Assembly (NCBI GenBank): GCA_964476435.1
Contig: CAYZAF010000083.1
Location: 1 to 26,344 of the forward strand
Direction of reading: 5' to 3'
DNA: 26,344 nt
From: an uncultured Syntrophaceae bacterium
GTDB taxonomy: Bacteria > Desulfobacterota > Syntrophorhabdia > Syntrophorhabdales > WCHB1-27
The position numbers and the translations under genes are program-made. Positions within the stretch are counted from its first letter, which is position 1. The number at the start of each line of letters is the position of its first letter. Positions 1 through 8,383 of the stretch are shown piece after piece. Below the pieces are notes generated by a model that was given only the letters and a program-made list of their open reading frames with translations, searched no databases and was not told the origin of the DNA.

Positions 1-647
1 ATGAAATGGCGGATGTACGCAGAGACGGTCCGCCGGGGCTCGTAGATCCCCGAATGGCCGTCGCAGAGGACATCGGCTTCCAGCCCTAGAAGCCTTTCCA
101 TTGATCGGCGCCATGCCTTCGGGTCACAATCGAAGTCGGCCAAAAGCGGCGCGCCGAGATCCTGACCGAAGAGGATCCTCTTTGCGTCGGTGTCGATGTA
201 AGGGGAGATGGAACCGGGCGTGTGGCCCGGCGTGTGGAGAAATGAGATTTTGTCCGCGCCGAAGGGGATCTGCCCTTCGGAGCCCCTGATCCTCACGTCA
301 ATCATCAAAGGGTGGAACTCGACCTCGAAACAGAACGCCGCGGTCAGCCTATCATCACCGCGCTCGACGATGTCCGCGTCAAGCTCGTGCATGTAGAGTC
401 GAGCTCCAAGACGCTCCCTCAAGGAGGATGCGCCGCCCATGTGGTCTATGTGACAGTGGGTTAGTATGATTGCCGCGATGGAGGAAGGGAGAACGCCCGA
501 GGCCCCGATGTTGGCGATCGTTTCGTCCAATGCCATTCCGAATCCGCTATCGATGAGCACCGGCTCTGCCATATCGATGAGGTAGACGTTGCAGTCCCTG
601 CTGTCCGTAAGATCGGGTCCCGCAACCCGGTGAACGCCCTTTATCAT
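1..647 (-). CDS. MBL-fold metallo-hydrolase (3' end runs off the window)
   Basis: Not in the ORF track (no stop in window). Hand translation from ATG at 647, with GGAGG at 661-657, gives MIKGVHRVAGPDLTDSRDCNVYLID...LTHCHIDHMGG...HTPGHTPGS...LFGQD...LCDGHSG. This has the HxHxDH, HTPGH and terminal GH motifs of the MBL fold. Confidence 0.9.
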   Translation of the reverse strand, partial: MIKGVHRVAGPDLTDSRDCNVYLIDMAEPVLIDSGFGMALDETIANIGASGVLPSSIAAIILTHCHIDHMGGASSLRERLGARLYMHELDADIVERGDDRLTAAFCFEVEFHPLMIDVRIRGSEGQIPFGADKISFLHTPGHTPGSISPYIDTDAKRILFGQDLGAPLLADFDCDPKAWRRSMERLLGLEADVLCDGHSGIYEPRRTVSAYIRHF

Positions 648-782
648 AGTCCGTTTCCTCCGATACGAAGAAGCGTAATCGAAACCCCGGCAAGCTTTTC
701 GATCATACCGGGGCGAGCAAAGGTGCCTCCCTTTCGAAACAGGGCCTCATCCGCCTTGCGGGAAAGGGTCAGGCTGCCATAT

Positions 783-810
783 ATTATGCCTGACACCGTG
801 GTTTTGTCAC
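783..810 (-). promoter_or_regulatory. Possible sigma70 promoter for the MBL gene
   Basis: Minus strand GTGACA (810-805)-N16-CATAAT (788-783). Both boxes match 5/6, but the spacer is short. Confidence 0.35.
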
Positions 811-925
811 GGCCCCCATACAATAGATAGCAAAACCCTAATATCAGGCCCGAGAGGAGCGGCCGACCGCTCCGACGAGTGCACGAGTTGCGATACTTGT
901 TCAGCTTGTGCCTTGGCAGTGCCGA

Positions 926-934
926 TGATAGAAT
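926..934 (+). promoter_or_regulatory. Possible extended -10 promoter for the zincin gene
   Basis: TGaTAGAAT about 50 nt upstream of the ATG at 985. No clear -35. Confidence 0.35.
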
Positions 935-984
935 CCGAGAGAGGCGCCTGAGAAGCCAAGGGCATCGGGGGGCACGTTAGCAAA

Positions 985-1359
985 ATGAGGGTGAGCCGAA
1001 AGGCGTTCGATCGAATAGTAGAGACGGCCATTGAGCGCATACCAGAGGAGATACGGCGCCACCTCGACAATCTCGTCATTGCCGTGCGGAGGGCGCCTTC
1101 CCAGGACATGGAGCGCGAGATGGGCATCGATCCTGGCGAGGATCTCCTCGGGCTCTTTCAAGGCGTTCCGATGATAGAACGGTCGGTCTCAGCGCCCTCC
1201 CTTTTTCCCGACACGATATTCCTGTTTCAGGGGCCTCTCGAGAGGATGTGCAGGACCGTCGAAGAGCTGGAAGAACAGATAGAGATAACGCTCGTGCACG
1301 AAGTGGCACATTTTATCGGAATGGGCGAAGAGAGGCTCGCTGAGCTGGGATATGCGTGA
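985..1359 (+). CDS. Small zincin-like metallopeptidase family protein
   Basis: 124 aa with LLGLFQG, PDTIFLFQGPL and ITLVHEVAHFIG (HExxH), typical of the minimal Zincin_1 family. Confidence 0.88.
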   Translation: MRVSRKAFDRIVETAIERIPEEIRRHLDNLVIAVRRAPSQDMEREMGIDPGEDLLGLFQGVPMIERSVSAPSLFPDTIFLFQGPLERMCRTVEELEEQIEITLVHEVAHFIGMGEERLAELGYA

Positions 1360-1375
1360 CCAGGAAGCGTCCGTG

Positions 1376-1578
1376 CTCCCGCCCCTCTTATGGGCCGTGA
1401 GCTTCATATTGAGGGGCGCCGGCGGGAGGCTGACCGGGAGCGCTCCGCAAGCCCCACCCTGTGGGCGGGGTCGAGGAGCGCCAAGAATTGGACTTTATTC
1501 CTTTCCGGGAAGCCCCGCCCTGTGGGCCGGGAGCTTCATTCTATTAACCTCTCTTTCGAGCGCTCGTGGGCTCATAAG
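1376..1578. repeat. Palindromic repeat cluster resembling IS200/IS605 terminal hairpins (REP/PATE-like)
   Basis: AAGCCCC(A/G)CCCTGTGGGC(G/C)GGG at 1449-1470 and 1510-1531 (2 mismatches in 22). TGGGCCG(T/G)GAGCTTCAT at 1391-1407 and 1523-1539 (1 mismatch in 17). Several nested inverted repeats. No transposase nearby. Confidence 0.6.
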
Positions 1579-1630
1579 TCTTCAAATGCGTCGAAGAGAA
1601 AAGAATCATTAAATTGTTTTAAGATTTCCC

Positions 1631-1660
1631 TTGACATATTATTTCTGACTCAATTATCAT
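1631..1660 (+). promoter_or_regulatory. sigma70 promoter of the cold-shock gene
   Basis: TTGACA (1631-1636)-N18-TATCAT (1655-1660), with an AT-rich upstream tract. Confidence 0.75.
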
Positions 1661-1704
1661 TAATCAGCAGTATTATTCAATCTTTTCGAAAGGAGTTTAG
1701 TAGG

Positions 1705-1908
1705 ATGCCAGTAGGTAAGGTGAAGTGGTTCAACGATTCAAAGGGGTATGGGTTCATCGAGCAGGACAACGGGGGGGACGTGTTCGTACACTATTCCGCT
1801 ATCAAGCAGAATGGCTTCAAGACACTCAAGACAGGGGAGGCCGTAGAATTTGAAATCGTGAGCGGGCCAAAAGGGCCGCAGGCATCTAATGTGGTAAAAG
1901 TCGAATAA
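1705..1908 (+). CDS. csp: Cold-shock domain protein (CspA/CspD family)
   Basis: 67 aa [18 protein letters not shown]...DVFVHYSAI with RNP1/RNP2 motifs. AAGGAG upstream. The true start is ATG 1705, not 1390 as in the ORF track. Confidence 0.97.
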   Translation: MPVGKVKWFNDSKGYGFIEQDNGGDVFVHYSAIKQNGFKTLKTGEAVEFEIVSGPKGPQASNVVKVE

Positions 1909-1944
1909 GAAGGGGGTCTATTTCCCCTCCTTCTCCTTTTTTTT
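1908..1944 (+). terminator. Intrinsic terminator after csp
   Basis: AGAAG-GGGG / CCCC-(TC)-CTTCT stem, then CC and T8 (1937-1944). It overlaps the mazG stop on the other strand. Confidence 0.7.
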
Positions 1945-2673
1945 CGTTTCGTTCCAAAGGGCGTCCATGGCTCGAAGGTTGCCTTTTGCCAATTCGAGAT
2001 TAGCCTCAACGTGGGCGAACCGCTTGACGAACTTGTCATTCGCGCGTCTTAGAGCGGCTTCTGGATCGATGCCGTGGAATCGGGAGATATTCGCCATGGT
2101 AAAGAGAAGGTCTCCCACTTCCTCCTCGATCCGGTCAGCGGCGCCCGATGCTTCCGCCTCCCTCAGTTCGTCCATCTCCTCGCGCATCTTTTCGTAGACG
2201 TCCTCCAGGTTCTCCCAGTCAAATCCAATTCTCGCTGCCCGCTTCGAGATGACGTAGGCGCGAAGCAGGGCAGGGAGGATCCGGGGAACGTGAGAAACGG
2301 GAGAATAGTCCACCTTCTCCTCCTTCTTTATCTCTTCCCATCTCTTTTCCACAGGCTTAGCCTCTTTGCCAGGGAAGAAAACGTGGGGGTGCCTTCTGTA
2401 CATCTTGTCGTATGCGCCGCTGATCACGTCCCTGATGGTGAATTGCCCCTTTTCTCCACAGATTTGGGCTATGAAAACGATGTGGAAGAGTAGGTCTCCC
2501 AACTCCTCCTTCAAGGCCTGATGGTCCTCCCGATCGATTGCCTCGACGACTTCGTATACCTCCTCAAGGAGGAACGTTCTGAACGATTTCTCCGTTTGCT
2601 TCTTGTCCCAGGGGCAGCCCTGTGCTCCCCTCAGTGACTCCATCAAATCTACGAGCTTCGCGAATTCTTCCAT
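1918..2673 (-). CDS. mazG: Nucleoside triphosphate pyrophosphohydrolase MazG
   Basis: GCPWDKKQT, LLEEVYEV, EELGDLLF, RRHPHVF, EEEVGDLLF, DPEAALRRANDKFVKRF: the two-domain MazG signature. Confidence 0.96.
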   Translation of the reverse strand: MEEFAKLVDLMESLRGAQGCPWDKKQTEKSFRTFLLEEVYEVVEAIDREDHQALKEELGDLLFHIVFIAQICGEKGQFTIRDVISGAYDKMYRRHPHVFFPGKEAKPVEKRWEEIKKEEKVDYSPVSHVPRILPALLRAYVISKRAARIGFDWENLEDVYEKMREEMDELREAEASGAADRIEEEVGDLLFTMANISRFHGIDPEAALRRANDKFVKRFAHVEANLELAKGNLRAMDALWNETKKKEKEGK

Positions 2674-3893
2674 ACTATCTCCGATATGAAATGAGCCGCC
2701 TTTTCCATGGTTTCCTTCTGCATCTCTAGAACGGTTTTTCCAGCCTCCACAAGGCCCCGCCTGATTTCAGGGTCTGTGAGGATGCGTGTCATGATCGAGA
2801 GGAGGTCTTCTGCCCCCCGTACCATGAAGCCTGCGCCGCGCGAGAGAATTTCGTCGGCTATGGTCTTGAAGTTTTCCACGTACGGACCGAACAAGACAGG
2901 GGTGCCCACAAAGAGCGGCTCGAGAACATTCTGACCTCCGTAGGGAGCGAGGCTGCCCCCCACGAAAGCAACAATGCTTCTTGCGTATATGTCGAATAGG
3001 TCCCCAACGGTATCGACCAGCACCACATCTCCCTTTGCTCCCTGATCCCCCTTTATGACGGAATAGTGCGCTACCTCATGGTGCGCCGAGAGTTGTCTTT
3101 CCATGGCAGCAGCCAGGCTCAGGTCACGGGGCGCCACGAAAATGGAGAGATCGGGAAACCGCTTCCTGATTTCGTCGATCACAGGGAAAAGGATGGGCAA
3201 TTCCTTTTCCTTCAGGCTGCCGAACGTGACAGCGTTCTCTTTACGGAAGGCGTGAGGATTTCCTCCGATTTCGCGGTAATACTTGAGGTTCCCCGTATTG
3301 ACGACGTTCGAGGGGGCCATGCCTAGCGAGACGAACCTGCGGGCGTGCTCTTCCGATTGGGCGAGGACTAGGTCTACGGACGACAGCACTTTCGAAAGAA
3401 AGAAAGAGAGTCGCGAGTATCGACCTAGGGTGCGGTCCGAGATCCTCCCATTCACGATTATGACCGGTATGCGCCTCTTTTTGGCCGTCCATATGAGGTT
3501 AGGCCAAATCTCAGTCTCAACGAGGAGAAGGGCGGCGAGCTTCGGCCTGCCCATGAAGCGCACGATGGGGGCTTGCAGATCAATGGGCAGGGATCGGACG
3601 ACCAGGGATTGGTGAAACTTCATGCGGATCAAGTCCCTGGCATAATACGTGTTTGTCGTAATGAGGAATGGATTGGTCATTTTCCTGCGTAAGTAGTTTA
3701 CTAGATTCTCTGCTATGACGGCCTCTCCCAGGGAGGCCGCGTGTATCCACACGCCGTTCTCGAGGCTCCGGTCCAGGGGTCTGGGGAAGAGCCGCTCACC
3801 GAGATTGGACCTGATCTTTTTCTTCGTCAAGGCATATACCACGAAAAATGGCAGGGCCAGAGAGACAAGGAGACTGTAGGTCAGCTGCCACAT
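2649..3893 (-). CDS. waaA: 3-deoxy-D-manno-octulosonic acid (Kdo) transferase
   Basis: VWIHAASLGE, VETEIWPNL, VNGRIS, TGNLKY, FVGGSLAPYGGQNVLEP, FGPYVENF; lipid A operon context. Confidence 0.95.
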   Translation of the reverse strand: MWQLTYSLLVSLALPFFVVYALTKKKIRSNLGERLFPRPLDRSLENGVWIHAASLGEAVIAENLVNYLRRKMTNPFLITTNTYYARDLIRMKFHQSLVVRSLPIDLQAPIVRFMGRPKLAALLLVETEIWPNLIWTAKKRRIPVIIVNGRISDRTLGRYSRLSFFLSKVLSSVDLVLAQSEEHARRFVSLGMAPSNVVNTGNLKYYREIGGNPHAFRKENAVTFGSLKEKELPILFPVIDEIRKRFPDLSIFVAPRDLSLAAAMERQLSAHHEVAHYSVIKGDQGAKGDVVLVDTVGDLFDIYARSIVAFVGGSLAPYGGQNVLEPLFVGTPVLFGPYVENFKTIADEILSRGAGFMVRGAEDLLSIMTRILTDPEIRRGLVEAGKTVLEMQKETMEKAAHFISEIVWKNSRSS

Positions 3894-4546
3894 ACCATAC
3901 GATCCGCTTCTTCTGTCAGGGAAACGAGGGCCTTCTCCAGTTCCTGGCGTTTTGCCTCAACAGCGCTGCCACTTGCGTCCCGGGGCACGTAGAGGGGATC
4001 CCCCCACAGGAAAAGGACCCTGGAGAAAGGGTAGGGGAAGACAAAGCGGTCCCAGGATGAGAAGACCATCTTTCTGCTCGCGCTGTACGCGACTGGCAGA
4101 ATGGGCCGCTGGGTCAGTTTTGCGAGCTCGACTATCCCCGGCTTGATGCGGTATCGGGGACCCTTGGGGCCATCAGGCGTTATTCCCACAATAGAGCCTT
4201 GTTGCAACTCCGAAAGGATCTCCCGTATTGACGATACGGATGCCTTTCTGAAGGAGCCCCGGACTGCGCCGAGGCCGAAGTACCTTATCACCCTCGCGAT
4301 GAACTCACCGTCGCCGTGGCGCGAGATGAGTACCTTGGCGCGGCGCCCCTTATAAGCAAAAGGCATGGCGAGTAATCTGCCATGCCAGAAGCAGACGATG
4401 ACGCCCTGTCCGTCCCCCCACAATCGATCCGCCTTTTCCCGGTCTACCTGCGTGATTCTCATAGTTGCCCCCAAGAGGAGGAGAAACAGGTAGACAGCCG
4501 GGGGCAGGAGATTGAGCATGATGAGGTATTTGAGGCGCTTAAGCAT
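3881..4546 (-). CDS. Lysophospholipid acyltransferase-family protein (DUF374)
   Basis: FWHGRL, LISRHGDGE, VRGS, ITPDGPKGP, SWDRFVFPYPFS motifs; lies between msbA and waaA. Confidence 0.88.
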   Translation of the reverse strand: MLKRLKYLIMLNLLPPAVYLFLLLLGATMRITQVDREKADRLWGDGQGVIVCFWHGRLLAMPFAYKGRRAKVLISRHGDGEFIARVIRYFGLGAVRGSFRKASVSSIREILSELQQGSIVGITPDGPKGPRYRIKPGIVELAKLTQRPILPVAYSASRKMVFSSWDRFVFPYPFSRVLFLWGDPLYVPRDASGSAVEAKRQELEKALVSLTEEADRMVCGS

Positions 4547-6305
4547 GCCTCGGTCTCTTGGCCATCCTTATGACTTTCTTTTTCTGCGCCTCGTCCCTGA
4601 ATTGCAGCTCGTAGAGCCTTTTGTACGGTCCGTCAACCTCGATCAGCTCCCGGTGCGTCCCTTCCTGGACAATGGTACCCTCCTCGAGAGCGATGATGCG
4701 ATCTGCATTCATTATGGTCGAAAGCCGATGGGCTATTACAATGGTCGTCCTGCCTTTCATGAGGTTCTCGAGGGCTTTCTGGACCTCTGTCTCGGACGCG
4801 GTGTCGAGGGAGCTCGTTGCCTCGTCGAGGATGAGGATAGGGGCGTCCTTGTAAAGGGCCCTGGCGATGGCTATCCGCTGCTTCTGGCCGCCCGAGAGCC
4901 TGACGCCCTTCTCCCCTACCACCGTGTCCAGCTTCTTCGGCATCCTGGAGATGAAATCATAGGCGTAGGCCGAACGGGTCGCCTGCTCCATCTTGGCTGA
5001 ATCCTCCGCGATGCCGTGGACAATGTTTCTTGCGATCGTGTCATTGAACAGGATCACATCCTGGGTGACGAGAGCGATGTTGCGTCTCAAGGAATCAAGG
5101 GTGAGGTCCCGTATGTCGATCCCGTCGATACTGATTGACCCGAGGGCTACGTCATAGAACCGGAGGATCAGATTGACGAGGGTTGTCTTTCCCACGCCGC
5201 TCTCCCCCACGATGGCCACGGTCTCATTTCTATCGATGCGCAGATTGATGTTGTTGAGCACCATCTTCTCTTCGTACCTGAAGGAGACGGCCTTGAACTC
5301 GAGGAGCCCTTGCACGTGGGCAAGCTCTCTCGCATCGGCCTTGTCAGCGATCTCGGGCTGTCGATCGATGATCTCGAATACCCTCTGCGCTGCTGCAAGT
5401 CCCTGCTGGATGTTGTGATTCTCCTTGTTGAGCCGTTTTACTGGCTCATACAGGAGAAGCATGGCCGCAATGAAGGAAAAGAGATTCCCCGGCGTCGATC
5501 TTCCTGAAATCACGGCATTCCCGCCGTACCAGATGATCACCGCCACGGCAATGCCGCCTATCACGTCCGTAATGGGAGAAGAGAGGGCCCTTATTTTGTA
5601 CCGTTTCAATACGATCCGGAAGAGGCTCTCGTTCTCCTCCCGGAATTTCCCGTATTCGTATTCCTCCATGGCAAAGGCCTTGACGATCCTCTGGCCTGTT
5701 ATCGTTTCGTGCAAGAAGCTCGTGAACTTGGCCATGGCCCTCTGATTCCGGGTGCTGTTCTTTCGGAGTTTCCTTCCGAAGGAGGCTATGGGGTACGTGA
5801 CAATGGGCATGACGATGAAGGCGACTATGGCCAATCGCCAGTCTCGGTAGAAGATCACGAAGACGAGGCCCATGATGGTGAATATGTCTTTGAGTACGGC
5901 GGTAAAGGAATCGGAGACTGCGCCTTGGACCAGAGAGATATCGTTCGTGATGCGGGAGATAATGGTCCCCGTGGGGGTCTTGTCGAAAAAGGCGAGGGGT
6001 TGTGATTGAAGGCGCCTGAAAATGAGGTTCCTGATGTCCGTTATCACCTTCTGGCCCACGAAACCCATGAGGTAGGCCTGCATATAATCGGCAGCCCCCT
6101 TTGCCAGGTAGAAAAGGATGATGGCGACAGGGATGAGGAGCAGCAGGCTGCCGTTCTTCTCGAAGAAGATCTGGTCCATTACGGGTTTGACGAAATAGGC
6201 GGTGAACCCGTCCGTGCTGCCCACAAAAGACATGAAGACCATGGCAAAGGCGAGCTTGACCCAGTAAGGCTTGAGAAACTTAAGCAGTCTGAGATACAGG
6301 GCCAT
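4539..6305 (-). CDS. msbA: Lipid A export ABC transporter, permease/ATPase
   Basis: N-terminal TM domain, Walker A GESGVGKT, LSGGQKQRIAIARA, ILDEATS, IAHRLST; next to lpxB. Confidence 0.92.
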   Translation of the reverse strand: MALYLRLLKFLKPYWVKLAFAMVFMSFVGSTDGFTAYFVKPVMDQIFFEKNGSLLLLIPVAIILFYLAKGAADYMQAYLMGFVGQKVITDIRNLIFRRLQSQPLAFFDKTPTGTIISRITNDISLVQGAVSDSFTAVLKDIFTIMGLVFVIFYRDWRLAIVAFIVMPIVTYPIASFGRKLRKNSTRNQRAMAKFTSFLHETITGQRIVKAFAMEEYEYGKFREENESLFRIVLKRYKIRALSSPITDVIGGIAVAVIIWYGGNAVISGRSTPGNLFSFIAAMLLLYEPVKRLNKENHNIQQGLAAAQRVFEIIDRQPEIADKADARELAHVQGLLEFKAVSFRYEEKMVLNNINLRIDRNETVAIVGESGVGKTTLVNLILRFYDVALGSISIDGIDIRDLTLDSLRRNIALVTQDVILFNDTIARNIVHGIAEDSAKMEQATRSAYAYDFISRMPKKLDTVVGEKGVRLSGGQKQRIAIARALYKDAPILILDEATSSLDTASETEVQKALENLMKGRTTIVIAHRLSTIMNADRIIALEEGTIVQEGTHRELIEVDGPYKRLYELQFRDEAQKKKVIRMAKRPRHA

Positions 6306-7440
6306 GTGTCTGCTCTAAGAAGCTAAGAATTGCCAGGGCTGCTATCTGGTATGGATCGGTGCCGGAAGCGGTCAGTCTGTTCCTTATCTCTTCCAGATCT
6401 CTCTGCACAGCGGACCTATCAATATGTAACATAGATGCAACGGTCTTGGCAATCCTTTCAGGCTTCACGGACCCGACGAACTCCGGGAACACTTCTTTCC
6501 CGGCTATTATGTTGGGCAGGCTTATGTAGGGCACCTTTACGACCATACGGGCGACAAGATACTCAAGGTAGGATATCTTGTAAAAGACGCAGGAAGGTAC
6601 CCCGAGGATCGCAGCCTCCAAGGCGGCGCTGCCCGACGCAATCACGGCCGCGTCGGAGTAGGCGAGAGAGTCGTGGGCCAGGCCCCGGACCTGGATCACG
6701 TTGTCCCTCCCTTTAAGAAAGGGATTGAAGAAATCGGCTGCGAGCGTATCGGCCACGGGCAGAAGCACGGTGTGGCGGCCCACCTCCCGGTCCAGATGCT
6801 TCATCACCTCGACGAGGATCCGTATGTGCTTTCTCGCCTCGTTTTGCCTGCTTCCCGGCATCATCGTGATCACAGGCCCATCTTCGCTTAGGGCGCATAC
6901 CTCATAAAAGGCCTCTTTCGAGTGGATAGGCCTTACGAGCTTCCCGTAGGGGTGGCCTACGTAGGAGACCGGGACGCCCCATTGGCGGTAGAACGCCTCT
7001 TCGAAGGGCAGAATGGAAAGAACGAGACTCACATTGGCCTTGATTTGCCTCATCCTGCTCTTGTGCCAAGCCCATACCTGGGGGGCGACAAAGTAGACGA
7101 CGGGGATGCCGAGCCTCCTGGCCAGCCGGGCTAGCCGTAGGTTAAAGCCCGGAAAATCGACCAGTACGAGAAGTCGGGGAGACGTCTTTGATAGGTGCTC
7201 TTTTAGGACACGAAAGGCCCGCCGGATGTGGCCGGCCTTGGAGAGCAAATCAATCAAGCCCATGCCGGTGATGGAGATCTTCCGGTAGTCCTCGATTACA
7301 TGAACACCTGCATCGCGAAGGATTCCGCTGCCCATTCCGCTGAAGCTCATGGGAGAGAGGGCATTGACGGCGCGCACCAGGTTGGCTGCGTGCACCTCGC
7401 CGGACAGTTCTCCGGTGACGATCACTACCCTGTTATTCAA
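6280..7440 (-). CDS. lpxB: Lipid-A-disaccharide synthase
   Basis: TGELSGEVH, VDFPGFN, VAPQVWAW, ILPFE, YVGHP, MPGSRQNE, ASGSAALE, ISLPNII, VFPEF. Start placed at TTG 7440, overlapping the upstream stop; the ORF track start at 7530 looks too early. Confidence 0.95.
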   Translation of the reverse strand: MNNRVVIVTGELSGEVHAANLVRAVNALSPMSFSGMGSGILRDAGVHVIEDYRKISITGMGLIDLLSKAGHIRRAFRVLKEHLSKTSPRLLVLVDFPGFNLRLARLARRLGIPVVYFVAPQVWAWHKSRMRQIKANVSLVLSILPFEEAFYRQWGVPVSYVGHPYGKLVRPIHSKEAFYEVCALSEDGPVITMMPGSRQNEARKHIRILVEVMKHLDREVGRHTVLLPVADTLAADFFNPFLKGRDNVIQVRGLAHDSLAYSDAAVIASGSAALEAAILGVPSCVFYKISYLEYLVARMVVKVPYISLPNIIAGKEVFPEFVGSVKPERIAKTVASMLHIDRSAVQRDLEEIRNRLTASGTDPYQIAALAILSFLEQTHGPVSQTA

Positions 7441-8383
7441 CGGAACCAGCTTTTCTTTCCGAGATGAGCCGTTCGATCTCCGCTGAGATGCTGTTCGCGA
7501 CGATGAGGGCCTTAAGGCCGTCCTCGCCATCGACGGCGGCTCTCCTATGCGCCTTGATTGCCCTCACGAAAGCTCTCAACTCATCTCTCACAGGGTCGGG
7601 CCGGGCCACCCGGTACGTTTTCGACCTCTTCTTGCCGCTTTTGTCAGGTTCGACGGAGAACATGTGTCCTTCGGCCATGTCGAGCGACGCATACCTGTCC
7701 TTCCCTACTATGGTGAATCGCCGTTCCCTCGCATTGGAAGCCCTGCTCGCGCTTAAGTTGGCCACACACCCATCGACGAACTCGATGCGAGCGTTTGCAA
7801 CATCTATCTTTTTCGTAATCACCGGCGTGCCTTCAGCAGATATGCGCCGGATGTCCGCCTTGGCGAGGGACAGGACGAGGTCGATGTCGTGGATCATTAG
7901 GTCGTGAATCACGTCGATGTCAGTAGATCTGCCGGTGAAACCGCTTATCCTGCGGGCCTCCATAGCCAGCGGCGTGCCCATAGATCGGCAGGCCCGTCGA
8001 AAGGTTGGATTGAAACGCTCCAGGTGTCCCACCTGCAAGAGGAGGCCGTTCTTCGCGGCGAGCTCAACGAGCGCCTCAGCCTCTCCCGGGTCGGCAGCAA
8101 TAGGCTTCTCCACGAACACATGTACCCCCCCTTCGAGCAACTCCCGTGCTATGGGAAAGTGGGTCTCCGTCGTGGTAGCAATGACCGCCCCTTGTACCCC
8201 ATCGACGAGGGCCTCCTCGAGGCGCTCTGTAGCCTTGACGCCATAGTTCCGAGCAGTCTCTTCGGCCCGTGACCGGTTGATGTCCACGATGCAGGTCAGG
8301 GCGACGTCTTTCATCCCTGCCAGCTTCTTGGCGTGAATCCTTCCCATGTGACCGGCACCGATGAGGCAGACCTTCAGCGGCAT
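7433..8383 (-). CDS. Gfo/Idh/MocA NAD-dependent oxidoreductase, GnnA-like (UDP-GlcNAc 3-dehydrogenase)
   Basis: IGAGHMG, VFVEKPIA, VGHLERFNP, DLMIHDID; located between lpxA and lpxB, the known position of gnnA. Confidence 0.85.
   Translation of the reverse strand: MPLKVCLIGAGHMGRIHAKKLAGMKDVALTCIVDINRSRAEETARNYGVKATERLEEALVDGVQGAVIATTTETHFPIARELLEGGVHVFVEKPIAADPGEAEALVELAAKNGLLLQVGHLERFNPTFRRACRSMGTPLAMEARRISGFTGRSTDIDVIHDLMIHDIDLVLSLAKADIRRISAEGTPVITKKIDVANARIEFVDGCVANLSASRASNARERRFTIVGKDRYASLDMAEGHMFSVEPDKSGKKRSKTYRVARPDPVRDELRAFVRAIKAHRRAAVDGEDGLKALIVANSISAEIERLISERKAGSVE

Noticed and set aside
644-823. 59-codon minus-strand ORF from TTG 823 upstream of the MBL gene
   Set aside because: No motif or RBS, and it spans the likely promoter. 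Only the short ATG-started part is kept as a weak finding.
769-873. Hairpins TCAGGC/GCCTGA, CCGTG/CACGG and GGAGCGG/CCGCTCC in the MBL-zincin intergenic region
   Set aside because: No U-tracts, no repeats elsewhere in the window, and they overlap putative promoters. Not enough to call an RNA gene or terminator.
1376-1578. CRISPR array interpretation of the repeats
   Set aside because: Only 2-3 degenerate, irregularly spaced units, and no cas gene or leader.
1387-1578. 6S RNA interpretation of the ~190-nt rod
   Set aside because: Length and end-pairing fit, but the central bubble is very asymmetric (about 4 versus 28 nt) and the internal repeats look IS-derived. Not called without an Rfam search.
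1390-1704. 105-aa N-terminal extension of the cold-shock protein
   Set aside because: It runs through the repeat element and the csp promoter. The promoter and RBS point to ATG 1705.
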